Positions 36,724 through 52,000 of a stretch of DNA of 64,000 bases are shown here, one piece after another. Location of the stretch: contig NC_134025.1 in assembly GCF_964204645.1 (NCBI RefSeq), forward strand, positions 29,802,299 through 29,866,298, given 5' to 3'. How positions within the stretch are numbered: position 1 is the stretch's first letter; every line of letters starts with the position of its first letter. Position numbers and translations under genes: made by a program. The stretch comes from Tubulanus polymorphus. Its lineage: Eukaryota > Animalia > Nemertea. The notes beneath the pieces are model-generated. The model was not told the origin of the DNA. It was given only the letters and a program-made list of their open reading frames with translations, and made no database searches.

Positions 36724-39700
36724 ATGTCTAATACACCTTCAGAAATTGGTCAGAGAGAGGAAGGAGAGCTGTCGGATGATGATGAACTATTTGATTTTGA
36801 AACACTTAAATTAATTGGGCCTACAACAGGAGGAGGTGGTGTAGATTATCAACTAATTAGTAGACATCCCCTCGGCGTATCCTACTCCTCAAACAATCAG
36901 CCGCAAAAGAGTCGTAGTTTAGTTTCACCCTTACAGTCTTCCCGTCATTATCACGAGAATTATGACACTCACTTCAGCAGTAGTAGATCGATGGACCAAC
37001 AGCGTTACAACTCGTCGCATCATTCCTCCGCATCCCGCAGCGGAGGAGGCAGAACGACGACGGGAGGATTTTGGTCGCGATATCAGAGCAGTTTGTCGTC
37101 GTGGTCGGAGAGATACTGTCACAGTAACGAGAGACGTAGAGATGAGAATAAAAGAGTTAGATCGAGATCTCCGATTCATCGTTCTTCATCTTCCTCCAGT
37201 TGTAATACAACTCAAATAACCGATTCAACCGGCAAAGAATTCGCCGAAAACATGTCGGGTGTAATTAAACAATGTATCCTTTTATTGAGAGAGAGAGGAA
37301 TGAGAGAGGATTAGCCCCTGTATGCAAGGATACTGGGGCCGGCTTAGACTTAATACCATTTTAATACCAACTTAGTTCTATAGCCAATCTAACAACTTAA
37401 GACCAGTCTTAAGATTTAAGACCACTTTTGGACTTAAGTTACGACTGTGAAACTGGTCCCTGGGGATAGAGTTCAATGTGACAAGCAGCGCTGTGTCGTG
37501 TGTCGCCAAGTGCGTTCAATAATGATGATAGTAATGGTAATGAAATTTATACCTATAAATTCACAGTCTTCATTAAGCTTTGATAACGAATCATTGTTTT
37601 AACCCTTTCAGTGCATCTACACCGCAGTACAGTGTATTAATACACCGTAGTACGGTGTATTGATATACCACAGTACGGTATGCACCACATTATATTAATC
37701 AGTGGTGATGGACTTAGCTAGAAACTGCACTGCATTATTGATGCAACAATTAATAATTGGTTTTTATCTATTGAATGGCAGTACCTTGTGAATGTAGTGA
37801 AATATGAGTAACTTATGATACACTGCACTGCAATGTAGATGCGCTAGCTCTATTCCCATTTTTCAACAAGTCTATAAGATATTCCACTATCATCATCTAT
37901 CCTCCACATTCATTCATGATTCTCAATCGACAATTTCAAACCGAAAGATTCTTGACGAATTGATCAGCTCGAAGTCACCATTCATCGGAAAGTCACGGCT
38001 CTAAAAAAGATCGGGACACAATCAAACAGGAGATCGAAGAATGTCGAATAAAATATCGAAATATCGAAAAACAACTTGAAGATTTGGATGAACGCGTGAA
38101 AATGAAACAGCAGCTTTTAGATGATCAGTCTCCTCGTGAGTGTCGCTGTTTTTCTGAGTCTGATTTGGTGTAAATCTCACTGCTTTTAAAACTCTATAAT
38201 TATTTATTTGTAGCAGTGGAAATTAATCCGATGAAACCCATTGATCGTCAAACCGCAAATTCACAAGTGATAGTAAGTTATTGTATCCCTGTATTCATCT
38301 AAAGTTTGATAACTCCTCAGAGACCCGTTGTGAGACTACAGTGATCTATTTATCCAGTCCAAAAGTTATCATAAATCCTGATAATACTAAGTTCGAAATA
38401 GTTAAGAAAGAACAGACATTTATTTTGGAATGACTAAAATGATGTTGTGTTCGTTGTGTTTAGGTGGAAGATGAACCCGATGAGTTAGAGTTAAGACGTC
38501 GTGCTCTCGCATCTGCGGTCAACGCTCAGATAAACGATGAATCATCTTGTTCTCCGGTTCCATGTACAAACAGTACCTCGGACGCTTCTATCAAACAAAC
38601 GACTAGTGAACGAACTAACGGAAATGTCTCGAATAACGTTAAATTAATCATAGAAAAAAAGAACCAGATTCTGCCCCGTAATAAGAATTTTCTCGATACA
38701 CCAGAAGCCGTAGCGCACAAATCAATGATAGATTTGACATCGGAACAAACTCAGATAATGCCGGTTAAAACGACGCTTTTTAAACCGAAACAAGTGATGA
38801 GTCCCGTTTCAACATTGACAGGAGTGGCTGATGTCGTACCATTCCTTGATACATCATTTCAATCTTTGCTTAAAACGAGTCCCGCGAAAGTTCGTCGCAA
38901 TAGAAGAAGAAGTAAGTTTATTTGAATTGTAGATACAAGGGGTTCGCGTCGAGTGCGGTGTCTATTCTAATAGAATTTTGATTTACCTCGGCAGTATATC
39001 ATCGGAGTCTCGGCAGTTAAAGCGTTTTAAAGCCCAGGGCCCAGTTTTATGGACTGGTATTAACTTTAACCCGGGGGCAAACTTTATTCATTTTCAATTG
39101 AGATTCGGGGGATTTGCAAATTGTTGGAAAATGGCCACTCCGGTGTGTCTTTCGACGGATTTTATTGTTTTTCTTTTTTGTTTTCAGAAGGAAGGCGAAA
39201 CAGAGCGAAGAAATTATTAGAATCTAAACCGACTGGGTCCATATTCCGACCCGGCGTTATAAGAAATGTTCTGTCGATCGAGAGTCCCGATCAGCAAGTC
39301 GAACAATTCTTAAAACTGGTCGGAAATAAACAGAATAAACAATCGCAGCAAGGTTCAATACACGATGTGTTAACGTTGAAAAATGAAGACGATCGAATTA
39401 ATAAATTCATCCAACACGTGGCTTCATCGGCCAAGAAAAAGAAACCGGTAAGTTTAACAACGATCTCTCGTGTCTCGTGCTGAGTTTATTGTACAATTCA
39501 GGTAGCATTTAGTTATTATCTTCCAGGGAAGGCAAATTACGGGGCAAATGCAAGATAATTACGAAGTCGAAGAAATGGATCTGGATAGTGAAGTCGATGA
39601 ATCTAATACAGGTATTTGAACTGTTAAATCTTTACCCATAGTTTATTCATTTGACTGACTACTGGACACAGTTCAGGTTCGTGATGATCGGGTATATGAC

Positions 39701-42700
39701 CGGTATATGTGTTCTGTGTTTGAAACAGGAATTCAGTTCATCGATTCGATACCACCTCGGATGCAATATAAATATGATCCCAGCGCTGTGGATTACGACG
39801 CGTCCGAGAATAATCTAGAATATGATCCAGCGATCAGTTTAGGCTACGATCCGATGCACTATACTGGTAATACAGCGCACCATTTATCCAGCTATCGGTA
39901 TATTACCCCCGGTGTAAGTTATTATTGTTTAATCTCCTCGGATAATCATCTAAAAATAGCGAAAACTTATTTAATATATTGAATGTATTTTAGGAGATAC
40001 TCCTCCCTCATGAGTTACAAGCTCCGCCTCCTCCCCCACCCCCCGACAGCGATTCTCCACCCCCTCTTCCCGACGAGCCTCCGCCCGTCGAAGATACTCC
40101 GATCCCTCCACCCGAATCTCTGCCAGAAGATAAGCAAGATGATGATGATGATGATGAGGATGATGATGATGATGCTGTTCCAGATGAAGATGCTGAATTG
40201 TTACGAGCTCAGCTTCTTCAATCCGTCACTGATAAACGTCGTAAGAAACTGAATCATCCGGTAAGCTCTTTAAAAACTCATTCTTTACAAGATTCTTTTG
40301 AGCATGTTCACTGCCCACTACAAGATATCTTGTAGTTCCAGTTCTGCCACTATGAGTTATCCAGTAGCTGATCGTTCTTATTCACTGTTACATACTTGCA
40401 TTCAGCTATGACACAGTTCTTGATTGGCTGGCACTGCGACAAACTGCTTCATCGTCAATTTTGAACCACAGCTGAAAAAGCTCTATTGCAGACTATTTGA
40501 TGTAGTAACTTGGATGAAACACAGTGGCAGCGAATGTGTTTTAAAACTAAGAAATAGTTATTATTGAATGTTGTAAATGTAATGTAATGATTTTGTGTAG
40601 GATGAAATCCGGGAATCATCGCCGATGACACCACTCACCAGTCGGTCACAATCACCAGCTGTACAACAAACAGATCAATCACCTCTTAATATCTCGACGA
40701 AGAAACATTCAAAACGTGTCGTCATGCCGTCGATAGACCTGGTAAAACTTCTCGTTAGAATTTCGATCAGAAATCTGAATTATCGCTGATTCTCGATCAG
40801 TCGGGAAATCCATCAGGTTTATGAGAAATCCGAATTATCGAGTGTTCAATTGTTTATAATTTTCAGCCGGGAAAGTTCATTATTCGTATCGGTAGTTCGG
40901 AAAGTGAGACTGATGAAGAAGAAGAAGAAGAAGAGACGGAAATACAGGAAGAAAAACACCCTTTAACTTCGATACCACCGACTAAAAACCTGGCATTCAG
41001 TATAAATTTAGACCGGTTTCTGAGAGAACAGAGGAACACTTCAGAGGTAAAGAATCAATTCATTTATTATAGATCCAGATCCTGTTATGCAGTTATGAGT
41101 TAAAGTTTCTGCATTTTCAATGTTTTAACTCTTTGCAATAAGTCAAATCTTAACTCGGAACTGAGTCTCACTAATTGAAAATGAACTTGTTTTTATTCAC
41201 AACCACGGAACTGGATCCTATGAGTTTCGTTCTAACTGTATCGTGATTTCAGTACGCTACGTAGTTATCATTGCTGCCCTTTTCATTTTGTATCAAGGTT
41301 CAAACTATCGAAAAACCAACGGAGTCAAAGCCAGCAACACTAATCAAAACCAAAACTAAAAAACCTAAAAAGAAAATATCGGTGGACGACTTCAAGAAAA
41401 TGGAAGAGAAAGTACATAGAGAAAGGTAATAAATATGTTTAGAAATATTGTGAGGGCCATTTTGTTATTCTCATTAACGAGTTGTGGAGGAGCTTGTTCT
41501 GTTGTCACATCGGTAAAACTTGATGACTCTTTTACCTGATGAAGCTATCATGCATTATAAGCAAAAGTTCATACCAGTATTTCTTATAAAACCAGTTTAC
41601 CTACAATGTTACCACCAGTCTCCACATTTACTGATTGATAATCTGAAATGTTCAATTTGTCTATTGTAGAGCGTTGCTCGCCACGGATCAAAATAAGCTG
41701 AAGAAAGAACGTTTGCTGTTTGTGAATAAAGCGCGTTTGTTGCAAGGTGCGGAAAAACGCGTCGAAAAATTGAAAGAAATGTTAATGACGGCAGAGAAAA
41801 ATGTGAAAGATATTCGCGAACATAAGACCAAATTAGCAAACACGGTAAACACAGCTTTAAACTGTCAGGGATTGATGTGAAAAAATGGAAGTCTTTAAAA
41901 AGATTGTGATTATTAATGAAAATGACTGAAAAATTCAGAAATAAGTGTTGAATATTTGGATCCCCTTTTTATGCCATATACTGTGTGTTAAAAGTTAAGA
42001 AATGATGTTTAATCCGTCCAGATTGTGATCGGTAGCCACTTAGGTTATTGTACCCTGATGTGAAAAAATGTGAAAATTCTGGTATTTTGCCATGAAAAAA
42101 AGTGTAAAAAGCCAATTAATTGTAAGGATGTGAAACCTAAACCACTGTAGAAAGAAATGATCAAAATCTTACGTGGAAAGATACTTTATTTTTATCTGTG
42201 CTTTATCTAGGTTAACATACTGGTACGCAGGACGAAGGGAAGAGAATCAAATCTGTCAGTTTTAGACGCTCAACTGAAAACAATCGGTCGACGCATCTTC
42301 GGTGAGAAGTACAAACCTAAATGGCTGATCGAGCATGAAAAAAAATCAGTTCAGGTTCGTTTCTTTGATTTATATTCTTACATAGCACCGTACTAATTGC
42401 AGCAATCAATCATGGCTTTCTACGCATAATATCAAAGCATAAAAATCGTCAAGATATCATAAAACATTCTGACATTACGAAGATATAAAAAGATAACGTT
42501 TTAAAGCATCAATAGGTTTTCCTGATATTTTAAGGGACACAAAAGCTCTACTTTCATAATTTTAGAATAGCACAGGTTTGAGTGGAGTAGCAGGATCCTG
42601 AGTAGACCTAAGAGAATGGGCTGGTTCATAAAGAGACACGATTTTGCCGCCCTGATAAGGAGGTCTAATTGTTTTCGGAGTTTGAAAAGTATTTACTGAT

Positions 42701-43054
42701 ATTTTGTTTTGATTTCTAGGAAACTCAAGAGCAATCGTCGTCGACTGTATCTCTCGACGAAGAGAAACAACGATTGTTAACATTACAGAAACAGTTAGCG
42801 GATAAAATCAAAGAATATCGTTTACAAGAGAATAAAACGGCATCGACGGAAAACCGACAACAACATCATAGAAAATCAGTTCATATCGCGGCAGTTGTAG
42901 CTCAACCGATGGTTATTGATAACGGCGATAAAATAGATCTACCGCATGTGAACGAAACCGAGATCGAAATGTCGCGTTTCGACGAAACCAATCGTAAACA
43001 TTCAATACTGGAATTGAACACGAGTACGAAACCTGAGTTTGTAGATAACGAGAC

Positions 43055-43098
<44 letters not shown>

Positions 43099-46000
43099 GA
43101 GTTGAGAATCATTCCCCAACTGATAATCAGGAGAAAACGATCGACACGATTGAGGAAAAAACACCGGAATTGATGAAAAAAATCACCAAGCTTCAGGTAT
43201 TGAATACTACTGATCAATCGCTGTATTCGGGAAATGATTTACTGTTGATAAAAACATCTTAGATTTTGTCTTATTTCAGAATGCAGCCAGTAAATTGAAT
43301 TCTATTGTAGCGCGTTCGGGCTGGTCTCCTACTTATAAATTACAACAACAACAATTCAAACAGCCTAAGGTATAGTAGAATATAGAACACAGTTAACTTG
43401 GGAGTGGCAAAATGAGTTGAGTGAAGGATTGAGAAAATGAGATCGGAATTCATGAAATAATTTCGAGAAAGGTTTACTGTATTTAAAACAATGTCTCCAG
43501 TTCCTCAGTTCTGAGTTCAGATTCGACTTATTGGTAATAAACTAATTTAACTCCAGGACCTGATGCACGGTAGTTATAAGTTATGATTGAAATCTATTTA
43601 TTAGTTGATGAATGTAAGAGTTACAGATCGAAACAGCGCAACTGGGAATAGTGAAGTTCAGACTAAAGCCTTTCAGCCTTACACTAGCATGCTGACATCA
43701 TTCAAAGGTTACAGGTAATTAATTCATCCAACCAAGAAACTTGTCTCATAACTTCTCTTCCAGTTTTGTGATTCCGATGATGATTAAAATGCATGTTTTT
43801 CAGATTGGGTCGCTTTTATCGAACCCGCGAAAAGCTACCGCTAAACTCAAAAACATACGCGAATAAAATCGATCCGAAGAAATTAGTCTGTAGATTTGAT
43901 TTGATGGGAAAGTGTAATGATGATAGCTGTCAGTGGTAAGTTAGACAGTTTGTATATTATGATCTCTAATTCTAATCCAACTTTTACTTAGATCATCGGC
44001 TCTTCTTGGTTCGATTTTCAGGCAGCACAGTAAAGACTATACGATGACCGATAGTGAAATATTACAGGATATATTATCGTACTGTCCCGCAGAAGCTGGT
44101 GTTACTGCTGAATCTACCGCCGAAGAAATTCCAAGTATTATAGGTAAATATTACCAGCAGTTGGTGATGTAGGTGAAGTCAATGAGTAGTGGTCTTCCTC
44201 ATACTAGTATTGGTCTTGTCAATTCATCCATGTGTCCAAATTTTGTGGAAGGTTGTCCTTTTTGAGGGGAACAAACCTCGGACCTGCTTCTGGTTATTCT
44301 TTCTAAATGGGTTGAGAGGGATGGCAAGTAAATCATGACTTTCGATGGATTGATCTTCAAAAATGACTATTAAATTTCTTCATTCTTTACCGCAGAGAAA
44401 TACACGAATGAGTTGCTGTCCAATTCGAAAATCAATTTCGATAAATTGTGTTTCTTGTTGGTGACGCGAGTGAACGCGCGATTAGACAAAAAACATCCTT
44501 ATTACGTTCCGAATGAAGCGAGAAAATGGAATCCTAAACCGACGGTGGAATCAAAGTGGACGATTACAAGCGTAGAAAACGATCATCAAACATCCGTTGA
44601 GCCGTCCATAGAGAAAGAGACAACTAAAACAGGTTCGAGCGTAATTAAATTGGACCTTGTTCTAAAAATGAAGATGTAAAATGATTTTTGATGTACCCTT
44701 GCTTAACACGAACAATCTAGGACTAAAAAATCATCAGTTGCCCAAAGGTTGGTTAAACTATTGGTTAGATTGGGTAGCTTGAAAACTCGACCACCAGTTG
44801 AATTCCCTAACTATCGGTTAAAGCAAAATGACCTTCCTTTGAGCAATTGGCCCCTGAATGATAAGATACAAGAAATCAATTTAGTTTATGTCAGAGTTAG
44901 TAAAAAGTCTGTGTTGAACATGGCTGATAAAGGCTGAGTTGACTATGGATAGAGTTGTTTTTATTCAGAGTGGTTAAACAGACTGACAGTCAGTGATCTG
45001 GATGATATGATCTGCGAGCAGGATTTACGCTATTTTATCCGCGCTGGAGACACGGTCGAGACGATGGAAGAAGCTGTACTCGACGACCCTCACAATACGT
45101 CGTTATGGATTAAATTAGCGTATCATAAACTTCACGACGCGTACAGCGAACCGGGCGTAGCGTTAGACCACGCTCTAAACGTGATGTCACGAGCCCTCGA
45201 GAAACACCGGCGTTGCAAAGATCTCTGGCTTCATTATTTATCTCTTTACGAAAAGCGATCTGAATTGTCGGATTTGTGCGATTTGTTTGAAATGGCGGTT
45301 AGATACGCCGCGCATTACGACATCTGGTGGAAGGTAAAATAACCTTTTTCAATCCTTCTTAATTATCTTTAAAACTAGACAGAAATTCTAGCTTTCCGCT
45401 TATCATTTCTTACCGAGTTAAACCCACTTAGTTTGATCAGAATCCAGTTTCATAGTTGTGAGTTTAAGTTAACTCTGAAGAACTCCAGTTACACAGTGAT
45501 GATTTACTCCTATAGGAAACTGTGATACTCAGTCTATGAAACTGGGCCCTGGTGAATGAATGATCCGTTCATGTTGACCTGTTATAGGGTGTAACTATGG
45601 TTTATTGCAGTATTTGAAGATTGTAAAGACATACAGTGAGAAGGAGGCTGTATGTAATCGTATACTGACCTGGTTATCAACTCAGTCGATAACTGATGAT
45701 AACTCATCAACTCAAATATCACATCATACTCTCGAGATAGTGTTCTATCTAGTCAATTTGAACAGTATAACTGGAAGGTTTCGTCCGGCTGGACAAGTTC
45801 TTCAGGTATTTTTTCATGCAAATCTCAACGGATTTCAGAAGCATAAAATGTTCGATTCTTTATTTTAAATCCTCTCAAATAATGTATATTTCCTAGGCTG
45901 TATTAAAAGGAAAACCGGTCGGTTCTGTCAACGTTCATCAAATCCTGACTGATAGTGATTTATGTAAACTACATTTAGCGTATATTCACATGCTAGAATT

Positions 46001-49000
46001 CAGGCAACTACCCGACGAATGGTTTATCAATAAACCAGGTCGACTTGTACTAAAGGTCAGCTCTCAAATATTGCTACTCATCTCCTCTGACCGTTCCAGT
46101 TCATGAATCTGTATCTGTTTTATTTTTAGGAGCTTCCTGTGTTTGTGTGGGATACAAAAATCCGTTCGAATTCGGAAGTTTTGATAAAACTTCTACAAGC
46201 AGCCATGAAATCGTTTAAAAGTGACTGTAAGATGACCGAGATATCTCTGTGCTTACGGGAAAACCTCACAAATCTTCAAACCGCTTTAAACAAGTAGGTT
46301 TTACCAGCCATTATTTTGAATATCGTTGTTGAGAAAATTATTTGTATATCGATGTTTTTTGTAGGACCGAAATTGCGAAGGAACAATGTCGTGAATTGTT
46401 GAAGAATAATCCGGATTGTGCTGAATTATGGATGCAGTTGGCGTGTATTTATTTACGCGATGAAAATGTATCTGGTGCTGTAGAGGTTTTCGTTGAAGCT
46501 GTGAAATTGAATCCGCATTCTCCTGAACTCTGTTTCAAACTCGCCCAAACTCTCCGCAATCAGGTACGTAAAATATACTCGTATTTCATCGTTCTGGGCC
46601 TAGTTTCACGAACAAGTTTCATTCAAGTTCTTGCTTTAGTTGCTTATATGGTTACTTTATGTGTTAGATTATTCTGCTCCCACATCTCTGAAACTCAGCC
46701 CATGGTTACTAATAAAATCAAAGATTTTTTGTGAAACTGGACCGAGGGCATCCTCATGTGAAAATTTTCTTCTTTATTATTTTATATAGAATGATAGAGT
46801 TGGTGCTTCTCAACTGCTGTGTAAATATGTCAATAGAATGTTTGTACTTTCCGCTGCTGCTGATACAAAGCCTACCCCGACTCAGTTATACCGACTGTTA
46901 CTGGGACAATCCATATCGGTCCTGACACAAATACCTACAATCGTATCCACAATCGATCTGCGGAAATTGAAAGAGAAACAAGTTTATATTTGGTTGAACT
47001 ACTGGTCAGTAGATTTCAAGTTTTTTTTATAAGTGATTTATCCGATACTGTATAAATTTTGTTAGTTATGATTTGGTTGTAGTTTGTTATTGGAATTACG
47101 CGGTGATCATAAACAAACATGTGAAATGTATGAAACGGCTCAATGCGTTCTACGCAAAACGGAAGACGTACAGCGAGTCTGGGTCAGGTATAACTTTTAT
47201 AACTTTTCAAATTCTGATCTTCATTTTCTCTTTATTCATTTCGTTTTTGCCTCGATTTCTGCAAAAGTAGATAACGTTTTGTTTGTAAAGTTATTTGCAG
47301 TATCGATTGAACTTCGTGTCGATTGAATCCGATGTGAAATTACAGCAGAAAGAATTCCGTTTCTTACTGGAACTGATTCAACGTTGTCTCGTTTCGATGC
47401 CCTCTCAATTCCCGGTCCCCGATCATCCGCAACAGTATTACACGGATTACAGCTTCCACAACCAGGTGGCGCTCCTCGTTTTAGATAGTTTAACGGACGT
47501 CGAGGAGCAGGAAAAACTATTCGATCGTTATTTAAACGTGATGTCTTCGAATACGCAACTACTTAAAAGGTAGGAACGTTGACCGCGGTGACTAATCACA
47601 TACAGCCAGTCTGTATCGATGAATTGTAACATTTTAAACCTCGAAATTTCTCTGACTCAAGGAATTTTGTGTAATAATCACATGGAAAAATCAGGAGATT
47701 TGTAAATGGGAGGAAAGTGGTCACCTAGCTTTATGTGACTAGCCCCTGCAGTTGAACCATTCTAGAATTTATTTCCTATGAATGAGAAGACGTTAAGAGT
47801 AAATCAATGATTTTGATATTATTTGTATTTGTTTAGGGCTGTAAGTCATTCAATCTCGTGTAGTAATATACCACGAGCTCGGATTCTAACACTGTCAGCC
47901 GTTCACTCCCATCAGACGCCAGTCATCTCTTTATGGAAAAGGTAGGAAACTTTATATCGTAATAAAGTGACATCTAGCGACCAGTTTAGTCATTACTGTC
48001 TGTCACATACACACTGCCAGCCTATATTTCTCCTGTAACCCTGGAGGCAGTTTAAAACTATTCAACTCTGATTGTGACCTGCAGTCGTTGATGTTTGTTT
48101 CTATTGAATGTTTGTTTAGATTCACTCTTTAGATGTCGATGACTCATTTTATATTACATTAATAACGCATTAAAGCAATTTGTTGTTAAGTAATTTCTCA
48201 ACGTTTTGATGTTTGAATCAAACTGGTGTCGGATTGAGTATTGAAAGTTTGTTAGGAAGCTTTTCATGTGTTTATCAGCCAGTGACGGAGCCACGTTGGA
48301 CGTCGCTACTGCCTGAAACCAGTGATGATTCACGCTCTGTTTATCAAAACTATCACTTTCATCAGCATCATTTATTAGTCTCCATTAGATGACCATTAAT
48401 TTCATCAAAGACATCAGTTATAACGAATTCCATCAAAAACGGCGTCACAATCGCTGCATAGTCACAATCACTGCTGAGTAACAACCGATACAGTTTCACA
48501 ATCGGTGATGTAAAGAGCGAATTTAGGTGGGTAGACCGGTCCGCCCTCTTCAAATTTCGAATGTGCCCTCCAAAAAGACTGGACATTTGTTTGCATAGAA
48601 GATTCTAAAAAGACTAAAAATAAATCCAAAAGGGCTATGAAAGCCTCTTATTGTCCGACTCCCTGAGGGAGCCCGCCACCAATGTTTCTCTTGCAGCCCT
48701 TGTATTGCCAAATCTGCCCTTTTCAAATCAAGTGCCCATTCCAATTTTCAGATCCACTCCCATTAACCCCTTTCAGTGTGTCTACACCGCAGTGCGGTGT
48801 ACGAATCAGTGATGTATTTTGCGAGTACACCGCACTGCGGTGTATTGATTTAATTAGTGATAACTAATTATTTCTCTTGAAAGATGGCAGCACCTGTCAA
48901 ACATAGTGAAATACTAGTAACTAATGGTATAGACGCACTATAGCGGTATTCCCGTTATTCAACACACTAGGGTGGAATTTTTTAGAATTTTCAAATTATC

Positions 49001-52000
49001 TTCAGCACTATAGGGTATTAATTAGCCAGCATTGAAAGGGTTAAAGAATCGTAGATCCGCCGCCCTTGGATGTACAGTAATTTTCACGTAACTTATACAA
49101 ACAATCTACAGTTGTCAACGGTTACTGAGTCATTGAACGGATTGTTGACTCAATCGTGTGTTACGAAGCTGTTGGCCTTTTCGGGACCTCCGTTAATTGG
49201 ATGAAGTCGCCGGTTATTCGTAAAACGGTTTTATCGATGAAAACTTTTTGATTGGTTTTGACGGTCGATGAATAAATCTCGGTTTTAATCTCGTTAGAAT
49301 AAAACCAATTATTCTTAACGAGATCATTATCAATGTTTTACTGTCCGTTTCTCGTGTGGTGTGAAGTATATTCAACTTTTTCATTCGAACGCCGATTTTG
49401 AACACCGTTTAAAAGTTGAGAAGTCTAGGCATGGGCTCAGTTTTTATTCGCTATTGATCGTTGAAATTCTTCAAAGAAACGTCTGCCGAATGTATATCGA
49501 ACGCGAAGATGAATTTCGCTGCGCGGTGAATTCAACTTCTGTAATAAGTTTCGTATTCCAACTAATAACATTTTCCATCAGTTCGTATTGATCTTCGATC
49601 GATTGTAGAATTCTTCTGAGAAACTTCAAAATCAGTTAGTCGTATGAAGACGAGATAGAATTGATTGAATTTGTGACATTTATAACGTGTATAAACATGT
49701 AATATTGCTAGAACGAAAGCTCGCAATTTGGACCGTTTCAAATGTCGAATCCGTCCGTCACAAATCTGGTTGAGAGTTCGTCACGGCAAATTTTTCTTAT
49801 TCATAGCTTGAGTTACGGATATGAATCAGCAGTTTTTCGAACAGTTGTCGGACGCGTTTTATCCGTGGTTTATCAGCGTTGCGTCGCGCTGCGTACTGTC
49901 GGGGGGTTTTAACCATACGAGCAACTAGTCCTAAACAATCCGTGTAATGAACCTATGACTCACGCACCTCTTTCTATTCACGACCACTTCCATCCAAAAT
50001 TAGTTCGTCGGGCGGCGGCGAAAAACATCGCCGGGATTTCTAAAGGATTTCGTATAAAGCTCGGGTGAATATTGCGCTGTTAAGTTGTTGAATTGCTTGT
50101 TTAATGAGTGATTCACGGAATCGAGAATCCGGACGTTGTAGAATTGGCGATGAAAACCAGATTGATCGAGATTAGGGTCTTAAACTGTAAACATTACTCG
50201 ATTGAAATTAATTCTCTATTTCCTCCGTATCCAGTTTTATGAATGACTCAAAAACTCTCGTCTATCGCGATTTATTTTTCGAGACCATTTTTCATCTTCG
50301 AATAATCTTTTCATTAATAATCTGTCAGTTGAAATTGAATCTTTTTGAAAATTTAATCAGTCCCAAGAGTTTAATCAGCCGACGAGTGAACTCAATCTCT
50401 TTGTGTTAATACGCCTTGTAAATCACGTAGATTTTTACGATATTTTGTTTTCATATCGAGCCTAACGCAAGCGCCAGGAAAACACCTCGAAACAATATAT
50501 GTAGTAATTTTGCATTTGAATGTATGAAATGCTGACGTGCATATAAAAAAAGAAACTGAAATGAAGTTACGGGACTACCTAGCATTGTTTCTTGTTTCAC
50601 AAAAACCATCATGTCGGAGATGGTGTTTCGCTAAACAGTTTAAAAGTTTCTGTTTGGTGTTTACTAAAAAAAAAACTTGAAGCAAAGCTGGTCTTCAGTG
50701 TGAAATAACGGCATTCTAGTTTGATATGATCAATAATGCTGTAGCAGACTGAAGACCTTTAACAGCGAGTTATGATACTGAAACTAATCTTCACATTTCT
50801 CACTTCATCTATTCATCATTGATTTTATAGGAAATCACTGAATCTGCTTTTTGTCAAACTGAAATGAGAGATACGTATATTTGTGTATTATATTATATTG
50901 ATTATTTCTCTGCACTGATTAAAGCTATGATTCTAATACATCTATCTGAATACTGACATCAAACGTGATTCTGTCCAAAAAGTGGTCTTACAGATATTAT
51001 TAAGACTGGTCTTCAATTGTTAGATTGGCCACGGAAATAAGAATATGGGCTTAGACCGGTCTTAAATCTAAGCTGTGAGTGTACAACAACTGGCCCCTGT
51101 TCCATGTTCCTGGCTGTGACTTGACTTGAAAATTTACTTATTTTGATATATCTTAGACCCAAAATATGTGTCCTGTCGATTGAAAAAGGCAGTTTGTCGT
51201 TTAAAAATAAACTCTTTCATTCAATTTCAGTGCAATAGCCATTTGTTTGCAAGAAGGAAACTTCAAAGAGGTAAAAAATGTTGTTTTTTTTTCTATTTGA
51301 TTCGCTGCGAGTGCAGCTCACTGTCGGCAGTCTAGTCTGGGTGAAACCCCATCTATAAACTGTTTAATGATGAAAACAGATGTTTAAGACATCTCCGCAA
51401 CCGGTTCAGTTTTACCAGTAATTTATTCATTGTTTCGTGAAGCGAAAATCTGATTTTTAAAACCGTACCGTTAACCCTTTCTTCACCAATCCTGTGTGAA
51501 ACTAACAGGGTATTTACCGTTAATACATTAATTCGAACATTTTCTTTTGTGTATTTCAATGAAATTTTCTGTTAGGGTGGCTACTGACCTGGAAAAGGAA
51601 TCGGATAAATCTAGAAAATAATAAGGGAAAACGTAAGAGATTCGAAAAATTTACCAAAAACTGGAAAGATATCTCAGATAATGTTATTGACCGCGTGTTT
51701 CTTTATCAATACGTGATTCAATGAAAAATGAATGAATTGTAACATTTTAAATATAGAAATTTCTCTGATTCACTCGGGGAATTCGTAAATGGGCGGAAAG
51801 TGGCCACCCTGTTATTGATAGCACTTTTCAGATGTTGGCAGCCCTGTACGGACTGAGCGACCGTGTATGGCAGGAAAGGGTTAAGAAAGTGATAGCGCTC
51901 TAGCTCGATTCTCCGCTCGATTCACCGCTAGATTCCCCGCTAGATTCCCCGTTCATTGTGTCCGTTCTTTCATCGGATTAATATAAAATCCGTTATGATA

